A stretch of 64,000 nt of DNA, taken from the NCBI GenBank assembly GCA_963796055.1, contig CAWCKH010000003.1, forward strand, positions 714,272-778,271, read 5' to 3'. Origin of the DNA: an uncultured delta proteobacterium. Lineage in GTDB: Bacteria > Myxococcota > Myxococcia > Myxococcales > Myxococcaceae. The position numbers and the translations under genes were made by a program. Within the stretch, counting starts at the first letter, position 1, and each line of letters starts with the position of its first letter. This document shows, in pieces, positions 20,657 to 31,116 of this stretch. The notes beneath the pieces are model-generated. The model ran no database searches, had not been told where the DNA came from, and saw only the letters and a list, made by a program, of their open reading frames with translations.

Positions 20657-23079
20657 ATGTCGCCCCTCGGGCTGGGAGTCCGTCATGCACTGCGCCGGAC
20701 CGCGCGCGCCCCGGCCTTCTCCGCGGGGGTCGTCCTCACGCTCGGGCTGTGCATCGCAGCCAACGCGATCATCGCCACCGGCATCGAGGGGGTGCTCCTC
20801 CGCGCACTGCCGTTCCGGGACCCCTCGCGCCTGGTGTGGATCTGGTCCACGCGGACCGACCGCGACCGCGCCTTCTTCTCGGTCCCCAACTTCGAGGACA
20901 CCCGCGCCCGGACCACCCGCCTGGACGCGCTGGTGGGCCTGGCGACCTGGGGGGTGAACCTGAGCGGTGACGGACCCCCGGTGCGCCTCACCGGCATCCG
21001 TGCCTCGGGCGAGCTGGGGGCCTTGCTCGGCGTCGTCCCGGTGCTGGGCCGGATGCTCGAGCGCGGCGACGACGACCCTTCCCGCCCGGCGGTGGTTCTG
21101 CTCGGGCACCGGCTCTGGGTCGACCGCTTCGGGCGCTCGCCGTCGGTGCTGGGGGCGACGCTCATCCTGGACGGTGAGCCCACCACGGTGGTGGGTGTGT
21201 TGCCCGAGACGTTCTCGCTCCCCAACCTCTCCACCGAGCTGCTCGCTCCGCTGCGGGCCGCTGCGGACCCTCGTCGCCACGAGCGCGGCTCCAATTTCCT
21301 GCGGGTCATCGCCCATCTCGCGCCTGGGGCCACCGTGGCCCAGGTGCGCCAGGAGCTGGCGGACATCACCGCCGACCTGGCGGTGCGCTACCCCGAGGAG
21401 GACGCCAAGCTCGCCGCGCCGCGCGTGCGAACCCTCCAGGACGAGTGGGTGGGCGCGTACCGGACGGGATTTCTCTTGCTCGGCGCGGCCGGAATCCTGT
21501 TGTTGCTCATCGCCACCGCGAACCTCTCCAGCCTCTTTCTCGCCCGGGTGGCCGCGCGCCGCTCCGAGCTCGCCGTGCGCTGGGCCCTGGGAGCGAGCCG
21601 GGGCGCGCTGCTGACCGACCTGGCCGCGGAGGCCACGCTCCTCACCGGGACGGGAACCGCTCTGGGTCTGCTGCTGGCCTGGCTGGGGCAGGACGTCCTG
21701 CGGCGGCTCGCGCCGGCCGATCTGCCCCGCCTCGCCGAGCTGGGGCTCGACTGGCGCATCGCGCTCTACGCCGCGGGCCTGCTGGTGGCGGTGACCGCGC
21801 TGCTGGTGGCCGGGGCGGCGGCGGCCTCCTCCGCCCCTCGCACCGCGGCGGAGCTGACCACGCATGCGACCGCGGGACGCTCCGCGCTCCAGCTCCGGGC
21901 GGTGCTGGTGGCGACGGAGGCGGCTCTGGCCGGCGTGCTGCTGGTGGCGGTGGGCCTCCTCTGGAGGAGCGAGTCGGCGCTGCTCCGCGTCGACCCCGGC
22001 GTGCGTCTGGCCGGGCTGTCGGTCACCCGGATCTCGCTGCCCGCCGCGCGCTACCGGACCCCGGCCGCGCTGCGTGGCTTCCACGATGTGCTGGAAGAAA
22101 GGGTGGCGGAGGACGCCCGGATCGCGCTGGTCAACGTGCTTCCGCTGAGCGGGGTGAACAGCCGCACCGACTTCGACATCGTCGACCGTCCGGCGCCCTC
22201 GCGGACGGCGCAGCCCGGCGCCCAGACCCGCTGGGTGAGCCCGGCGTACTTCGAGACGGCGGGTATCCGGGTGCGGGAGGGGCGCGGGTTCGGACCCGAG
22301 GACGATGCGGAGCACCCGCGGGTGGTGGTGGTGGACGAGGCGCTGGCCCGTGCCTTCTGGCCGGGCACGAGCCCGCTCGGGGCGACGCTCCACGTGAGCT
22401 TCACCGCCGAGCCCGCGGCCGACTACCGGGTGGTGGGCGTGGTGGCCAGCGTGAAGCACGAGGCGCTGGACGAGGCCCCCGCCGGTACGCTCTACGCCCC
22501 GCTGTACCAGGTCCCCGGGCCGGTGGTGCCGTACCTCCGGACCGGCCTGTCGGTGCTGGTACGGCCGGAGCGGACCGGGCCCGCGCTTGCCCGGCGGATG
22601 GTCGATGCCATTCACGCGGTCGACCCGGAGATTCCCGTCTCCGCGGTCCAGTCCGGCGAGTCGCTGCTCGGCGGCGTGCTGTCGGCGCGCCGATCGGCGG
22701 TGCGACTCCTCGAGCTGTTTGCCATCGCCGCGCTCGCGCTCTGCCTCTCGGGGCTGTACGCGGTGCTGGCCTACGCGCAGGTGCAGCGGCGCCGGGAGCT
22801 GGCCATCCGCAGCGCGCTCGGGGCCACACCGCTCACCCAGGCAGGCTCGGTGCTGCGTGCCGGGGTGCGCTGGGTGGGCGCCGGCGGCCTGCTCGGAACC
22901 ACGCTGGGTACGCTGGGCGCCTCCGCCTTCACCAGGCTCCTCTTCGGCGTCCACCCGCTCGACCTGCCCACCCTCGGTGGTGTCCTCGCGGTGCTGGTGC
23001 TCACCGCCGTTCTGGCGAGCATCTGGCCGGCGCTGCAAGCGGCGCGCACCTGCCCGGACCGGCGCTGGCCGCCGACTAG
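20657..23079 (+). CDS. Duplicated MacB/FtsX-type ABC permease (ADOP-like); probable frameshift about 10 codons before the native stop
   Basis: VVLTLGLCIAAN, LRALPFRDPSRLV, RRSELAVRWALGA and RRRELAIRSALGA. The family-type ending PALAAD-stop (23079) is in another frame; the unshifted frame runs to 23569 through the convergent gene. Confidence 0.85.
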
Positions 23080-23138
23080 AGGCGACTCGAGGGCAGCGCT
23101 CGGCTGCCGAGAATCCGCGTGCGGCCGCTCCGTACGGC

Positions 23139-23525
23139 TCAGGACATCGATGCCCCTCGCTCCAGAAGCAGCGCGCGGAGGAGCGAGCGGTGGCAGCGGG
23201 TCTCGTCCTCGCAGTAGCAGCCGACGGAGAAGTCGGTGCGGTGGGAGAGCGCAGCCAGGAGGTCGAGCACGTGGCTCGCCTCCGGCCGCGCCATCTCCTT
23301 CCGGTATGCGCGGACGAACCTCTTCCAGGCCGGATCGCTCATCTCCCCGCGGAACGCGGTCATCGTCTCCGCCGATGGCGCGAGAAGCGGGAACCACAGG
23401 TCGTAGAAGTCACGGGCGGCGATCTGCTCCTTGCGGACCCCGCGGGGCGGACGGCGCACGGTGCCGATCCGCAACCCCTCCCCGGGTGCGCGCCCCGTTC
23501 CCAGCCGGACCACTCGCATGCTCAC
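23139..23525 (-). CDS. DUF488 / YeaO-like protein
   Basis: RIGTVRRPPRGV, WFPLLAPS and GCYCEDETRCHRSLL. Confidence 0.85.
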   Translation of the reverse strand: MSMRVVRLGTGRAPGEGLRIGTVRRPPRGVRKEQIAARDFYDLWFPLLAPSAETMTAFRGEMSDPAWKRFVRAYRKEMARPEASHVLDLLAALSHRTDFSVGCYCEDETRCHRSLLRALLLERGASMS

Positions 23526-23761
23526 GACGCGGAAGCTGTCTAGCGACGGGGCGTCCCGGGAGGCAATGAAATCTTGAAACCCCGGTGGAGGTCGCGCCCG
23601 AGCGAGTCGGCGGCCTGGGTCGAAGACGCCCGCAGCCCTCGCTCCGCCTCGGAGCCGGATGAGCCGATTTAGATTCCCATCCCCGCGTCCACGAGTTCAT
23701 CATGGATCACCGGGTGCTGTTGGCCTGACGAGGACCTCTCTGTCGAGGTGGAAAGGGCCTC

Positions 23762-25525
23762 TTGCTGGAGCGAGCAGCAACGCGTGCGGTCGCCCGCATC
23801 GCGGTTGTGCTGGCCGTGGTCCCGCTGGCCGGCGCCCCGGGCGTAGCGAGGGCCGCCCCGAACGGCTGCGATCTACCACTGACGGTGACACCGACGACCA
23901 TCCCCGCCGGCTCCCGCGAGGCCCGGGTCCGGATTCCCGCGAGGCTTCCCGCGAGCCTCTCCGGCATCCAGGTCCGCAGCAGCAGCGGAACGGTCAGCCC
24001 GCCGGTCGCCGTCAGGGCGAACGTGGTCACGGCGGACTACACGGTCGACCCCGCTTCCCCGCAGCTCGTCATCGTCGCTGCGGTGAGCCAGAGAGCGTGC
24101 GGATTCTCGGTGGTTCGGGTCGCCGCGGCCTCTGACGCCGCCGTCCCCGCGCACCCCGCGACCGTGGCGGTGGTCGAGCCCGCAGCTGCGCCCGCCGAGC
24201 GCGAGGCCGAGGTAATGGTCTACGTCTTCGCCGTCGACGCGCGCGGCGCGGCCCGACGCGGAAGCGCCCCGACGTTCCGACCGGCCGCCGGGGTCATTAC
24301 CCGCGTCGATCCACTCGGGCCCGGAGTCTGGCGTGGGCGCTGGAGCGTGCCGTCCGGGGACGCCAGGGCCAGCGCGGTGGAGGTCGCCTTCGGGTCGGAG
24401 TCGCCCGTTTCGGGTTCCCTGGCCCGGACGGCCGGCACGCCAGCGAGCATCGAGATCACCCCGGACCCGGACCGCCCCACGGTCGTCACCGGAACTCCGA
24501 CTTCCGTGACCGTCCGTCTTCGGGATTCCGTCGGCAATCCGACCGATGCGGCCCTGCAGGTGGAGTCCGACGTGGGGACGATCGACGAGCCGGTCCGCCT
24601 CGAGCCCGGCGTCTACCGGGTGCCGATCACCGCGCCTCCGGGCACACTGCAGAGCTCGATGACGCTCACCGTCATCGCGGGCCGGGCAGTCGCCAGCGCT
24701 ACCCTCCCCGTCACGCCCGCGACTGCGGCGAAGATCACCATCGAACCGCACGCACCGATCAGCGCGGACGAGCACGCCCCGGGAGAGCTGGTGGTCCTCG
24801 CGGTCGAGGTGGTCGACGCCTTCGGCAACCCCGCGAGCGACGTTCCGGTGGGCTCGGCGGAACGCGGTGAGTTCCGGGAGGCCATGGCCGTCAGACCGGG
24901 TCGCTGGGCCTTGCCCTACCTCCCACCCCGGCTCTCGGAGGATACCGTCGACCCGGTTGTCATCCGGGCGGGTGCCACCTCCACCACGCTGAACCTGGAG
25001 CTGCTGGCGAAACGCCTCTTTTTTTCCCTGGGGCTGAAGGCCGCGGTGGCGGTGGGAGGGAGTGTGGGACCCGCCGTGGGGGTCGAGGGCGGGGTGTGGA
25101 GGCGCTTCGGCCGCACGCAGCTTGGCCTGGTGCTCGACGTGAGCTGGTGGACGCTCTCGCAGTCGAACAGCACGACAATCGGCGGCGCAGCCGCGACCTA
25201 CGACGCGACGCAGAACCATCTCCCCTTCCTTCTCTCGCTGGCCTGGCGGCTGCCGTTCGCAGGCCACTGGATGCTCTGGGCGAGCACCGGCGCCGGGGGC
25301 AGCTTGGTCTCCAACAGCGCCCGGCTGGAGGGTCAGCCCTCGGTCAACGAGAGCGGGCTTGCCCCGGCGGCGACTCTCTCAATCTCCGCGGGTCCGCGGC
25401 TCGGGCCGGGAGCCCTGTTCCTCGAGCTCCGCGTCACCTGGATCGGCGATCCGGGGCTCTCGACGCTGAGCGGGTCCAGCACCACATTCCTCGGTCTGCT
25501 CGGGTATCGCTTCGATGTCGACTAG
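23762..25525 (+). CDS. Secreted protein with invasin-like Ig domains and a probable C-terminal outer-membrane beta-barrel
   Basis: Signal peptide; VRLRDSVGNP and VVDAFGNP Ig motifs; amphipathic strands ending LGLLGYRFDVD. Start position uncertain. Confidence 0.65.
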   Translation: MLERAATRAVARIAVVLAVVPLAGAPGVARAAPNGCDLPLTVTPTTIPAGSREARVRIPARLPASLSGIQVRSSSGTVSPPVAVRANVVTADYTVDPASPQLVIVAAVSQRACGFSVVRVAAASDAAVPAHPATVAVVEPAAAPAEREAEVMVYVFAVDARGAARRGSAPTFRPAAGVITRVDPLGPGVWRGRWSVPSGDARASAVEVAFGSESPVSGSLARTAGTPASIEITPDPDRPTVVTGTPTSVTVRLRDSVGNPTDAALQVESDVGTIDEPVRLEPGVYRVPITAPPGTLQSSMTLTVIAGRAVASATLPVTPATAAKITIEPHAPISADEHAPGELVVLAVEVVDAFGNPASDVPVGSAERGEFREAMAVRPGRWALPYLPPRLSEDTVDPVVIRAGATSTTLNLELLAKRLFFSLGLKAAVAVGGSVGPAVGVEGGVWRRFGRTQLGLVLDVSWWTLSQSNSTTIGGAAATYDATQNHLPFLLSLAWRLPFAGHWMLWASTGAGGSLVSNSARLEGQPSVNESGLAPAATLSISAGPRLGPGALFLELRVTWIGDPGLSTLSGSSTTFLGLLGYRFDVD

Positions 25526-28500
25526 GAGCAGACTTCCCTTGATTCTCGCAGTCGTCGCCCTCGTCAGGTGTGGGGACACCGAGCTCCCCAGCCCCGCGCC
25601 CACGTCGGTCAGCCCCGGCCGCGGCTTCGCGGGCAACGCCACGCCGGTCGTGATCCAGGGCAACGGCTTCTCCGTCCGCACCGTCCAGTCGGCGTCGGGC
25701 GGTGCACCCACGGTGGACGAGACCTTCCAGGCATGGATGGGAGACCAGGCGCTGCTCGACGTTCACCGGGTCGACCAGCAGACGCTCACCGCCACCGTTC
25801 CGGCCGGGCTCTCCCCCGGGGTCAAGACCCTGCGCGTCCAGGGGCCGTTCGGCACCTCCGGTGAGCTTCCCAATGCCTTCACGGTCGAGGGCACTGCCCT
25901 GGCTTCGATCTCCGCCACCATCGCCGCCGCGCCGCCAACGGTCAGCATCGGCCAGGTGATCACGGTCACGGCGACGGTCACCAACACCGGGACGACCTCG
26001 GCCACCGGCGCCGCACCCACCCCTCCCACGGTGAGCGGGACTGGCGCGGCGGACCCGTCCAGCGGGCCCGATCCAGCCTCGATCGCCACGTTGGGCCCGG
26101 GTGAATCGGAAACCTTCACCTGGACCTACTCCGCCACCGGCGCGGGAACGCTCGCCTTCGCATCCTCGGTCCACGCCACCGACAGCTTCTCCGGCACCAC
26201 GATCACCGCGGTGACCGATCCGGCCAGCCCGGCGACGGTCACGGTGGTGCGCCCGGCGGCGCTGACCGCGAGCCTTCCCTCTTCCGGGGCTGCCGCGTTC
26301 GGCCGCGAGTTCACGGTCATGATGACGGTGAACAACACCGGCGGGGCGGCGGTGAAGAACCTGGTGCCGGCTGTGCCCACGGTGGCTCCGAGCGGACTTG
26401 CGGCCCTGAAGGCCGGCACCGGGCCGGTCCCGGTCTCCGTCGACTCGCTCCTCCCGGGGGCGAGCGCCACCTTCACCTGGACATTCGTGGCCGGCAACAC
26501 CCCCGGCAAGGTGCAGTTCTCCTCGAGCGCAAGCGGGAACGACGACAACTCCGGGGCGCCGGTGGCTTCCCCCGTCGCCACCTCGGGTGACTTCACCGTC
26601 GGCGCGGCGGGGCTGAACGCCTCGCTGTCCGCCGCGCCGGCGACGGCCAGCGTCGGGCAGCCCCTCACCTTGACGCTGACGGCGACCAACCCCGGGCTCG
26701 CGGACGTCCGGAACTTCGCCGTGAGCACCCCCAGCGTCGACTCCACCGATGGCGCCAACGCCGCGCTGGCCACGGGCCCCACTCCGGCGCCGCCCGCGGT
26801 GCTCGCCGCCGGACAGACCGTCAACATCGCCTGGACCTACGACCCGGCGTTGACCCCGGGCCTCTCCTCGGGGCACCTCGCCTTCGGGGTCATTGCGAGC
26901 GGCACCGACGGGTTCTCCGGCGATCCGATCACCGCGCAGCCCGCGGCGTCGTCCACCGTCCAGTCCCCGCCGACGCTGGTTGCCAGCCTCACCGCGGCGC
27001 GGACGCCACCGGTTCCCACCGGCCAGCCCTTCACCGTGAACACCGGCCAGGCATTCACCTTGAGCCTCGCGGTGAGCAACACCGGAGGGGCGTCGGCGGT
27101 GGCGGTCACCGCCACGCCGATTGCCGGGTGCGCGGCGCCCTCTCCCGCCTCGTCCACAGTCACGCCCGGGAATCCGGTGGTCTTCCTCTACGCGAGCTGC
27201 TCCTCGGCCGCGGCGGGGACGCTCACCCCCTCGGCCTCCGCGTCGGGCATGGACGCCAATAGCCCCTCGACGGCGGTGACGTCGAATCCATCGAGCGTCA
27301 CAGTGGTCGTGCAAACCCCGGCGGCGGTCACCGCCACCGTGCTGGCAACGTCGCCGTCGACTCTCAGCGTCGGGCAGGCATTCACCGTCACCCTGACCCT
27401 GACAAAGACCGGAACGGCCGCGGCCAACGTCACCGGCGTGTCGCTCACCGGCACGACCTGCGCCACCGGCCCCGCGATGCCGGTGAACGCCATCGGCGCA
27501 ACCCTGAACCTCACCTGGTCCGGGTGCACGGCGCCCGCGACCCCGCAGACGCTCACCTTGGCGGGCTCCGTGACGTGGGTGGACACCAACACCGGGACGG
27601 TCCGGACGGCAGGCCCCGTCTCGGCCTCCGTTCCGGTCGTCGCCGCCGCCTTGGTGGCCGCCACGAACATCACCACGACCCCGGCCACCCTGAGCACGGG
27701 ACAGACCTTCTCCATCACCCTGACCCTCACCAAGTCGGGCGGGGCTGCGGCGAACGTGACCGTCGCCACGACGAGCTACTCCCCGCCCTGCCTGAGCCCG
27801 CCGGCGTTCCCGATCAACAACATCGCGGCGACCCAGGCCCTCGTCTGGAGCAATTGCACCGCGCCGTCGACCGCGGGGGCCTTGGCCCTGGCCGGCTCGG
27901 CGACCTGGGAGGACGCCAACGTGCCGGGGGTCTTCAACACCACGAACCTGACGGCAACCTCGATTGTCGTGCAGCAGGCCGCCGCGCTGTCGGCCAGCTT
28001 CGCGGCCCAGCCGCCTCCCACCGCCAGCGTCGGGCAACCCCTGGCGCTCACGGTCGCGGTGTCGAACACCGCCGGCGCCGGGGGAGCGACCGCGAACAAC
28101 GTGACCGTCACCGCTTCCGTCACCGGGACGCTCGGCGCGACCGCCTCCTGCACCGGGGCCAGTCCGGGCGCCTCGTCCATCGCCGGGGGTGCGTCGCTGC
28201 CGTTCACCTTCACCTGCACCCCACTCACCACAGGCACGCTCACCTTCACCGCCACGGTGAACGGCACGGCGGCGAACAGCGGAACCGCGCTGACCGCGGC
28301 CGCCACCACATCGCCGGCGACGACGATCCAGACACCGGCGGCCCTGGCCGTGACCTTCGCCTCGCAGCCCCCGTCCCCGGTCAACGCCGGACAGGTGGTC
28401 TCCCTGACCGCGAACGTCCGCAACACCGCTGGGGCGGGCGGGGCGGCGGCGACTACGGTCTCGGTGACCCCGAGCTTCTCGACGGTGACGGGAACAGCGG

Positions 28501-29636
28501 CCGCCTCCTGCTCCACGGCCTCCCCGGCCTCCTCGACCATCGCCGCCAACTCCACCGTGCCGTTCACCTTCACCTGTACACCCTGGGGGGCGGGAACCCT
28601 CACCTTCACCGCGACCGCGAACGGCACCGCAGCAAACACCGGCAACGCGCTCACCGCTGCGGCCACCACCTCGCCGGCGACGATCGTGCTCGCCCCGGTC
28701 GTCATCGCCCCCGCGACGGCAAGCGTTCCCCCGAGGGGAGTCCTGACCTTCATCGCCAGCGGCGGAAGTGGATCTGGCTTCACCTGGTCGCTGTCCACCA
28801 ACGCCTCGGGCGGATCCGTCAACGCCAGCACCGGCGCCTACACCGCCGGCGCGACGGGGAGTGTCACCGATGTGGTCCGGGTCGTCGACTCGCTCGGCAA
28901 CGCCGCGACCCGCACCGTCGCGGTCGGACCCGGAGTCTCCATCTCCGGAGTGACGGCGGTCGCCCCTCGCGGGTCGGCGACCTTCACCGCGAGCGGCGGC
29001 AGCGGCTCGGGCTACGCCTGGTCGCTGTCCACCAACGTCTCGGGCGGGTCCATCAATGCCAGCACCGGCGTCTACACCGCCGGCGCCACACCCAACGTCA
29101 CCGACGTGGTCCGGGTCGTCGACTCGCTCGGCAACGGTGCCAACCAGAACGTGACGGTCGGGGCGGGCGTCTCCATCTCCGGAGTGACGGCGGTCGCCCC
29201 TCGCGGGTCGGCGACCTTCACCGCCAGCGGCGGCAGCGGCTCGGGCTACGCCTGGTCGCTGTCCACCAACGTGTCGGGCGGGTCCATCAATGCCAGCACC
29301 GGCGTCTACACCGCCGGCGCCACACCCAACGTCACCGACGTGGTCCGGGTCGTCGACTCCCTCGGCAACGCGGCCACCCAGAACGTGGCGGTCGGGCCTG
29401 GCGTCTCGATCAGCGGTCCGGCCACGGTCCCGGTCTCAGGCTCGGCGACCTTCACCGCCAGCGGCGGCAGCGGCTCGGGCTACACCTGGGCGCTGTCCAC
29501 CAACGCCTCGGGCGGGACCATCAATGCCAGCACCGGCGTCTACACGGCCGGCGCCACACCCAACGTCACCGACGTCGTGAGCGTCCAGGATTCCGTGGGG
29601 AATTCAGCCAGCGCCACCGTGTCGGTGACCCCCTAG
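25515..29636 (+). CDS. Large Thr/Ser/Ala-rich surface lipoprotein with IPT/TIG and multiple Ig-like repeats (1373 aa)
   Basis: Lipobox-like LVRC; SVSPGRG...VVIQGNGF IPT motif; repeated VGQ..T.T.TV.NTG modules; overlaps the upstream gene. Confidence 0.85.
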   Translation: MSTRSRLPLILAVVALVRCGDTELPSPAPTSVSPGRGFAGNATPVVIQGNGFSVRTVQSASGGAPTVDETFQAWMGDQALLDVHRVDQQTLTATVPAGLSPGVKTLRVQGPFGTSGELPNAFTVEGTALASISATIAAAPPTVSIGQVITVTATVTNTGTTSATGAAPTPPTVSGTGAADPSSGPDPASIATLGPGESETFTWTYSATGAGTLAFASSVHATDSFSGTTITAVTDPASPATVTVVRPAALTASLPSSGAAAFGREFTVMMTVNNTGGAAVKNLVPAVPTVAPSGLAALKAGTGPVPVSVDSLLPGASATFTWTFVAGNTPGKVQFSSSASGNDDNSGAPVASPVATSGDFTVGAAGLNASLSAAPATASVGQPLTLTLTATNPGLADVRNFAVSTPSVDSTDGANAALATGPTPAPPAVLAAGQTVNIAWTYDPALTPGLSSGHLAFGVIASGTDGFSGDPITAQPAASSTVQSPPTLVASLTAARTPPVPTGQPFTVNTGQAFTLSLAVSNTGGASAVAVTATPIAGCAAPSPASSTVTPGNPVVFLYASCSSAAAGTLTPSASASGMDANSPSTAVTSNPSSVTVVVQTPAAVTATVLATSPSTLSVGQAFTVTLTLTKTGTAAANVTGVSLTGTTCATGPAMPVNAIGATLNLTWSGCTAPATPQTLTLAGSVTWVDTNTGTVRTAGPVSASVPVVAAALVAATNITTTPATLSTGQTFSITLTLTKSGGAAANVTVATTSYSPPCLSPPAFPINNIAATQALVWSNCTAPSTAGALALAGSATWEDANVPGVFNTTNLTATSIVVQQAAALSASFAAQPPPTASVGQPLALTVAVSNTAGAGGATANNVTVTASVTGTLGATASCTGASPGASSIAGGASLPFTFTCTPLTTGTLTFTATVNGTAANSGTALTAAATTSPATTIQTPAALAVTFASQPPSPVNAGQVVSLTANVRNTAGAGGAAATTVSVTPSFSTVTGTAAASCSTASPASSTIAANSTVPFTFTCTPWGAGTLTFTATANGTAANTGNALTAAATTSPATIVLAPVVIAPATASVPPRGVLTFIASGGSGSGFTWSLSTNASGGSVNASTGAYTAGATGSVTDVVRVVDSLGNAATRTVAVGPGVSISGVTAVAPRGSATFTASGGSGSGYAWSLSTNVSGGSINASTGVYTAGATPNVTDVVRVVDSLGNGANQNVTVGAGVSISGVTAVAPRGSATFTASGGSGSGYAWSLSTNVSGGSINASTGVYTAGATPNVTDVVRVVDSLGNAATQNVAVGPGVSISGPATVPVSGSATFTASGGSGSGYTWALSTNASGGTINASTGVYTAGATPNVTDVVSVQDSVGNSASATVSVTP
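28700..29633 (+). repeat. Four tandem 234-bp (78-aa) intragenic repeats
   Basis: Unit ...ATFTASGGSGSGYAWSLSTNVSGGSINASTGVYTAGATPNVTDVVRVVDSLGN...; near-identical copies start at 28935 and 29169. Confidence 0.9.
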
Positions 29637-29855
29637 CCAGCAAGTCCAGGTGTCCATGGGCCGAACCGGGTCGGGCCGCGCCATCTCCGATCGGTAGCGC
29701 CGGACGAGTCGCTTCCCAACCTGTCCAGGGTCGGACGCGAGCCTCGGCGGTCAAACTTGAGAATGGAGCCGCTCGCCACCTATTAATTCCTGTCAAACGT
29801 ATAGTGGCGAGGATTTCTTTTCTACCACCTACCGATTCAGTGTAGTGTCCACCGC

Positions 29856-30626
29856 ATGCCAAGAACGCTCGATCCGATGAGGGCGATCACCGGCGCCCTC
29901 CGAGGCCTGGAAGGCGCGATGCGCGCGCTGGTGGAGGAAAACACCCATCTCAGGAAGCAGGTGCTCCTCGACGGGCGGAGCGGGAGAGGTCGGATCGCCC
30001 GCGTTGGCCGGGCTGGTGATGGAGTGCCCCGCAAGCGGGGCCGTGCCTTCAAGTTCACCGATGATCAGGCGAACGAGTTCCGCAAGCAGGTCGAGGGTGG
30101 CAAGAGCGCCGCCTCCCTGGCCAAGGAGCTGAAGGTCTCGCTCCCCACCATGTACAACACCCTCAAGCGCGCAGGCTGGAAGCCGCGCACCGGGCGCGGG
30201 CGAGGATCCGCCGGCCGCACCGTCCGGGTGTCCGACGGGGTCCCGCGCAAGCGGGGGCGGGCCTTCAAGTTCACGGCCAATCAGGCGAGCGAGTTCCGCA
30301 AGCAGGTCGAGGGTGGCAAGAGCGCCGTCTCCCTGGCCAGGGAGCTGAAGGTCTCGCTCCCCACCATGTACAACACCCTCAAGCGCGCAGGCTGGAAGCC
30401 GCGCACCGGGCGCGGACGAAACCCCACCCGGCGCGCGGCCAGGATGCGCGACGGGGCTCCGCGCAAGCGCGGGCGGGCGTTCAAGTTCACCGTGGATCAG
30501 GCGGGCGAGTTCCGCAAACAGGTCGAGGGTGGCAAGAGCGCCGCCTCCATGGCCAAGGAGCTGAAGGTCTCGCTCCCCACCATGTACAACACCCTCCGGC
30601 GCGCAGGCTGGAAGGGCCGCAGGTAG
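29856..30626 (+). CDS. Coiled-coil plus three tandem Hin-type (HTH_7-like) DNA-binding domains
   Basis: Three 72-aa units PRKRGRAFKFTxxQAxEFRKQVEGGKSAxSxAxELKVSLPTMYNTLxRAGWK; DNA period of 216 bp (30030, 30246, 30462). Confidence 0.85.
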   Translation: MPRTLDPMRAITGALRGLEGAMRALVEENTHLRKQVLLDGRSGRGRIARVGRAGDGVPRKRGRAFKFTDDQANEFRKQVEGGKSAASLAKELKVSLPTMYNTLKRAGWKPRTGRGRGSAGRTVRVSDGVPRKRGRAFKFTANQASEFRKQVEGGKSAVSLARELKVSLPTMYNTLKRAGWKPRTGRGRNPTRRAARMRDGAPRKRGRAFKFTVDQAGEFRKQVEGGKSAASMAKELKVSLPTMYNTLRRAGWKGRR

Positions 30627-30765
30627 CGCAGGGGCTGGCAGGTGGGCGACCGCCCCTGTTCTCTGGAGAACGGGGCCTCCTGGACCCGGTGATGGGTGCG
30701 GACGCACGCGTTCCTTGAAGCCGCGCCTCGACCGGTGTCTCATCGGCACCGAGGGGAGCGGGCAG

Positions 30766-31116
30766 ATGCGGCGAAGAGCGTTGCTGATGCTACCTGCGGC
30801 GGCGTTCCTGGCAGCGACGACGTTCACCACCACCACGCTCCACCCTCGCCGCTCCGAGGCAGCTCGAGACGAGATTTCACCGATTGCACCTTCACCACCG
30901 CGGTGGGCGAGAAGGACCTCCAGTGCGAAGGGCTCACCGAGACCTTTGGAGACGTCTCGGGAGATACCTTCATCCGCCTGTATTACGACTGCAGAGTTCC
31001 TTTCCTGCATCTCCACCTGCGGGTTTGTGGATGGGCAGTACGCCGGCTGCGATGGCTACCCCGGCGCGCACAAGGCAATGGGCTGCTCGACCGTGGGCTC
31101 GAACATGCCGAGGTAG
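30766..31116 (+). CDS. Small secreted Cys-containing hypothetical protein, possibly with compensating internal frameshifts
   Basis: GAGGGGAG RBS, MRRRALLMLPAAAFLAA signal and Cys-rich end. The middle reads more protein-like in another frame (DFTDCTFTTAVGEKDLQCEG). Confidence 0.4.
   Translation: MRRRALLMLPAAAFLAATTFTTTTLHPRRSEAARDEISPIAPSPPRWARRTSSAKGSPRPLETSREIPSSACITTAEFLSCISTCGFVDGQYAGCDGYPGAHKAMGCSTVGSNMPR

Noticed and set aside
28700..30626. CRISPR array suggested by regular repeats
   Set aside because: The repeats are 234-bp and 216-bp in-frame coding units without unique spacers, and no cas genes are present.
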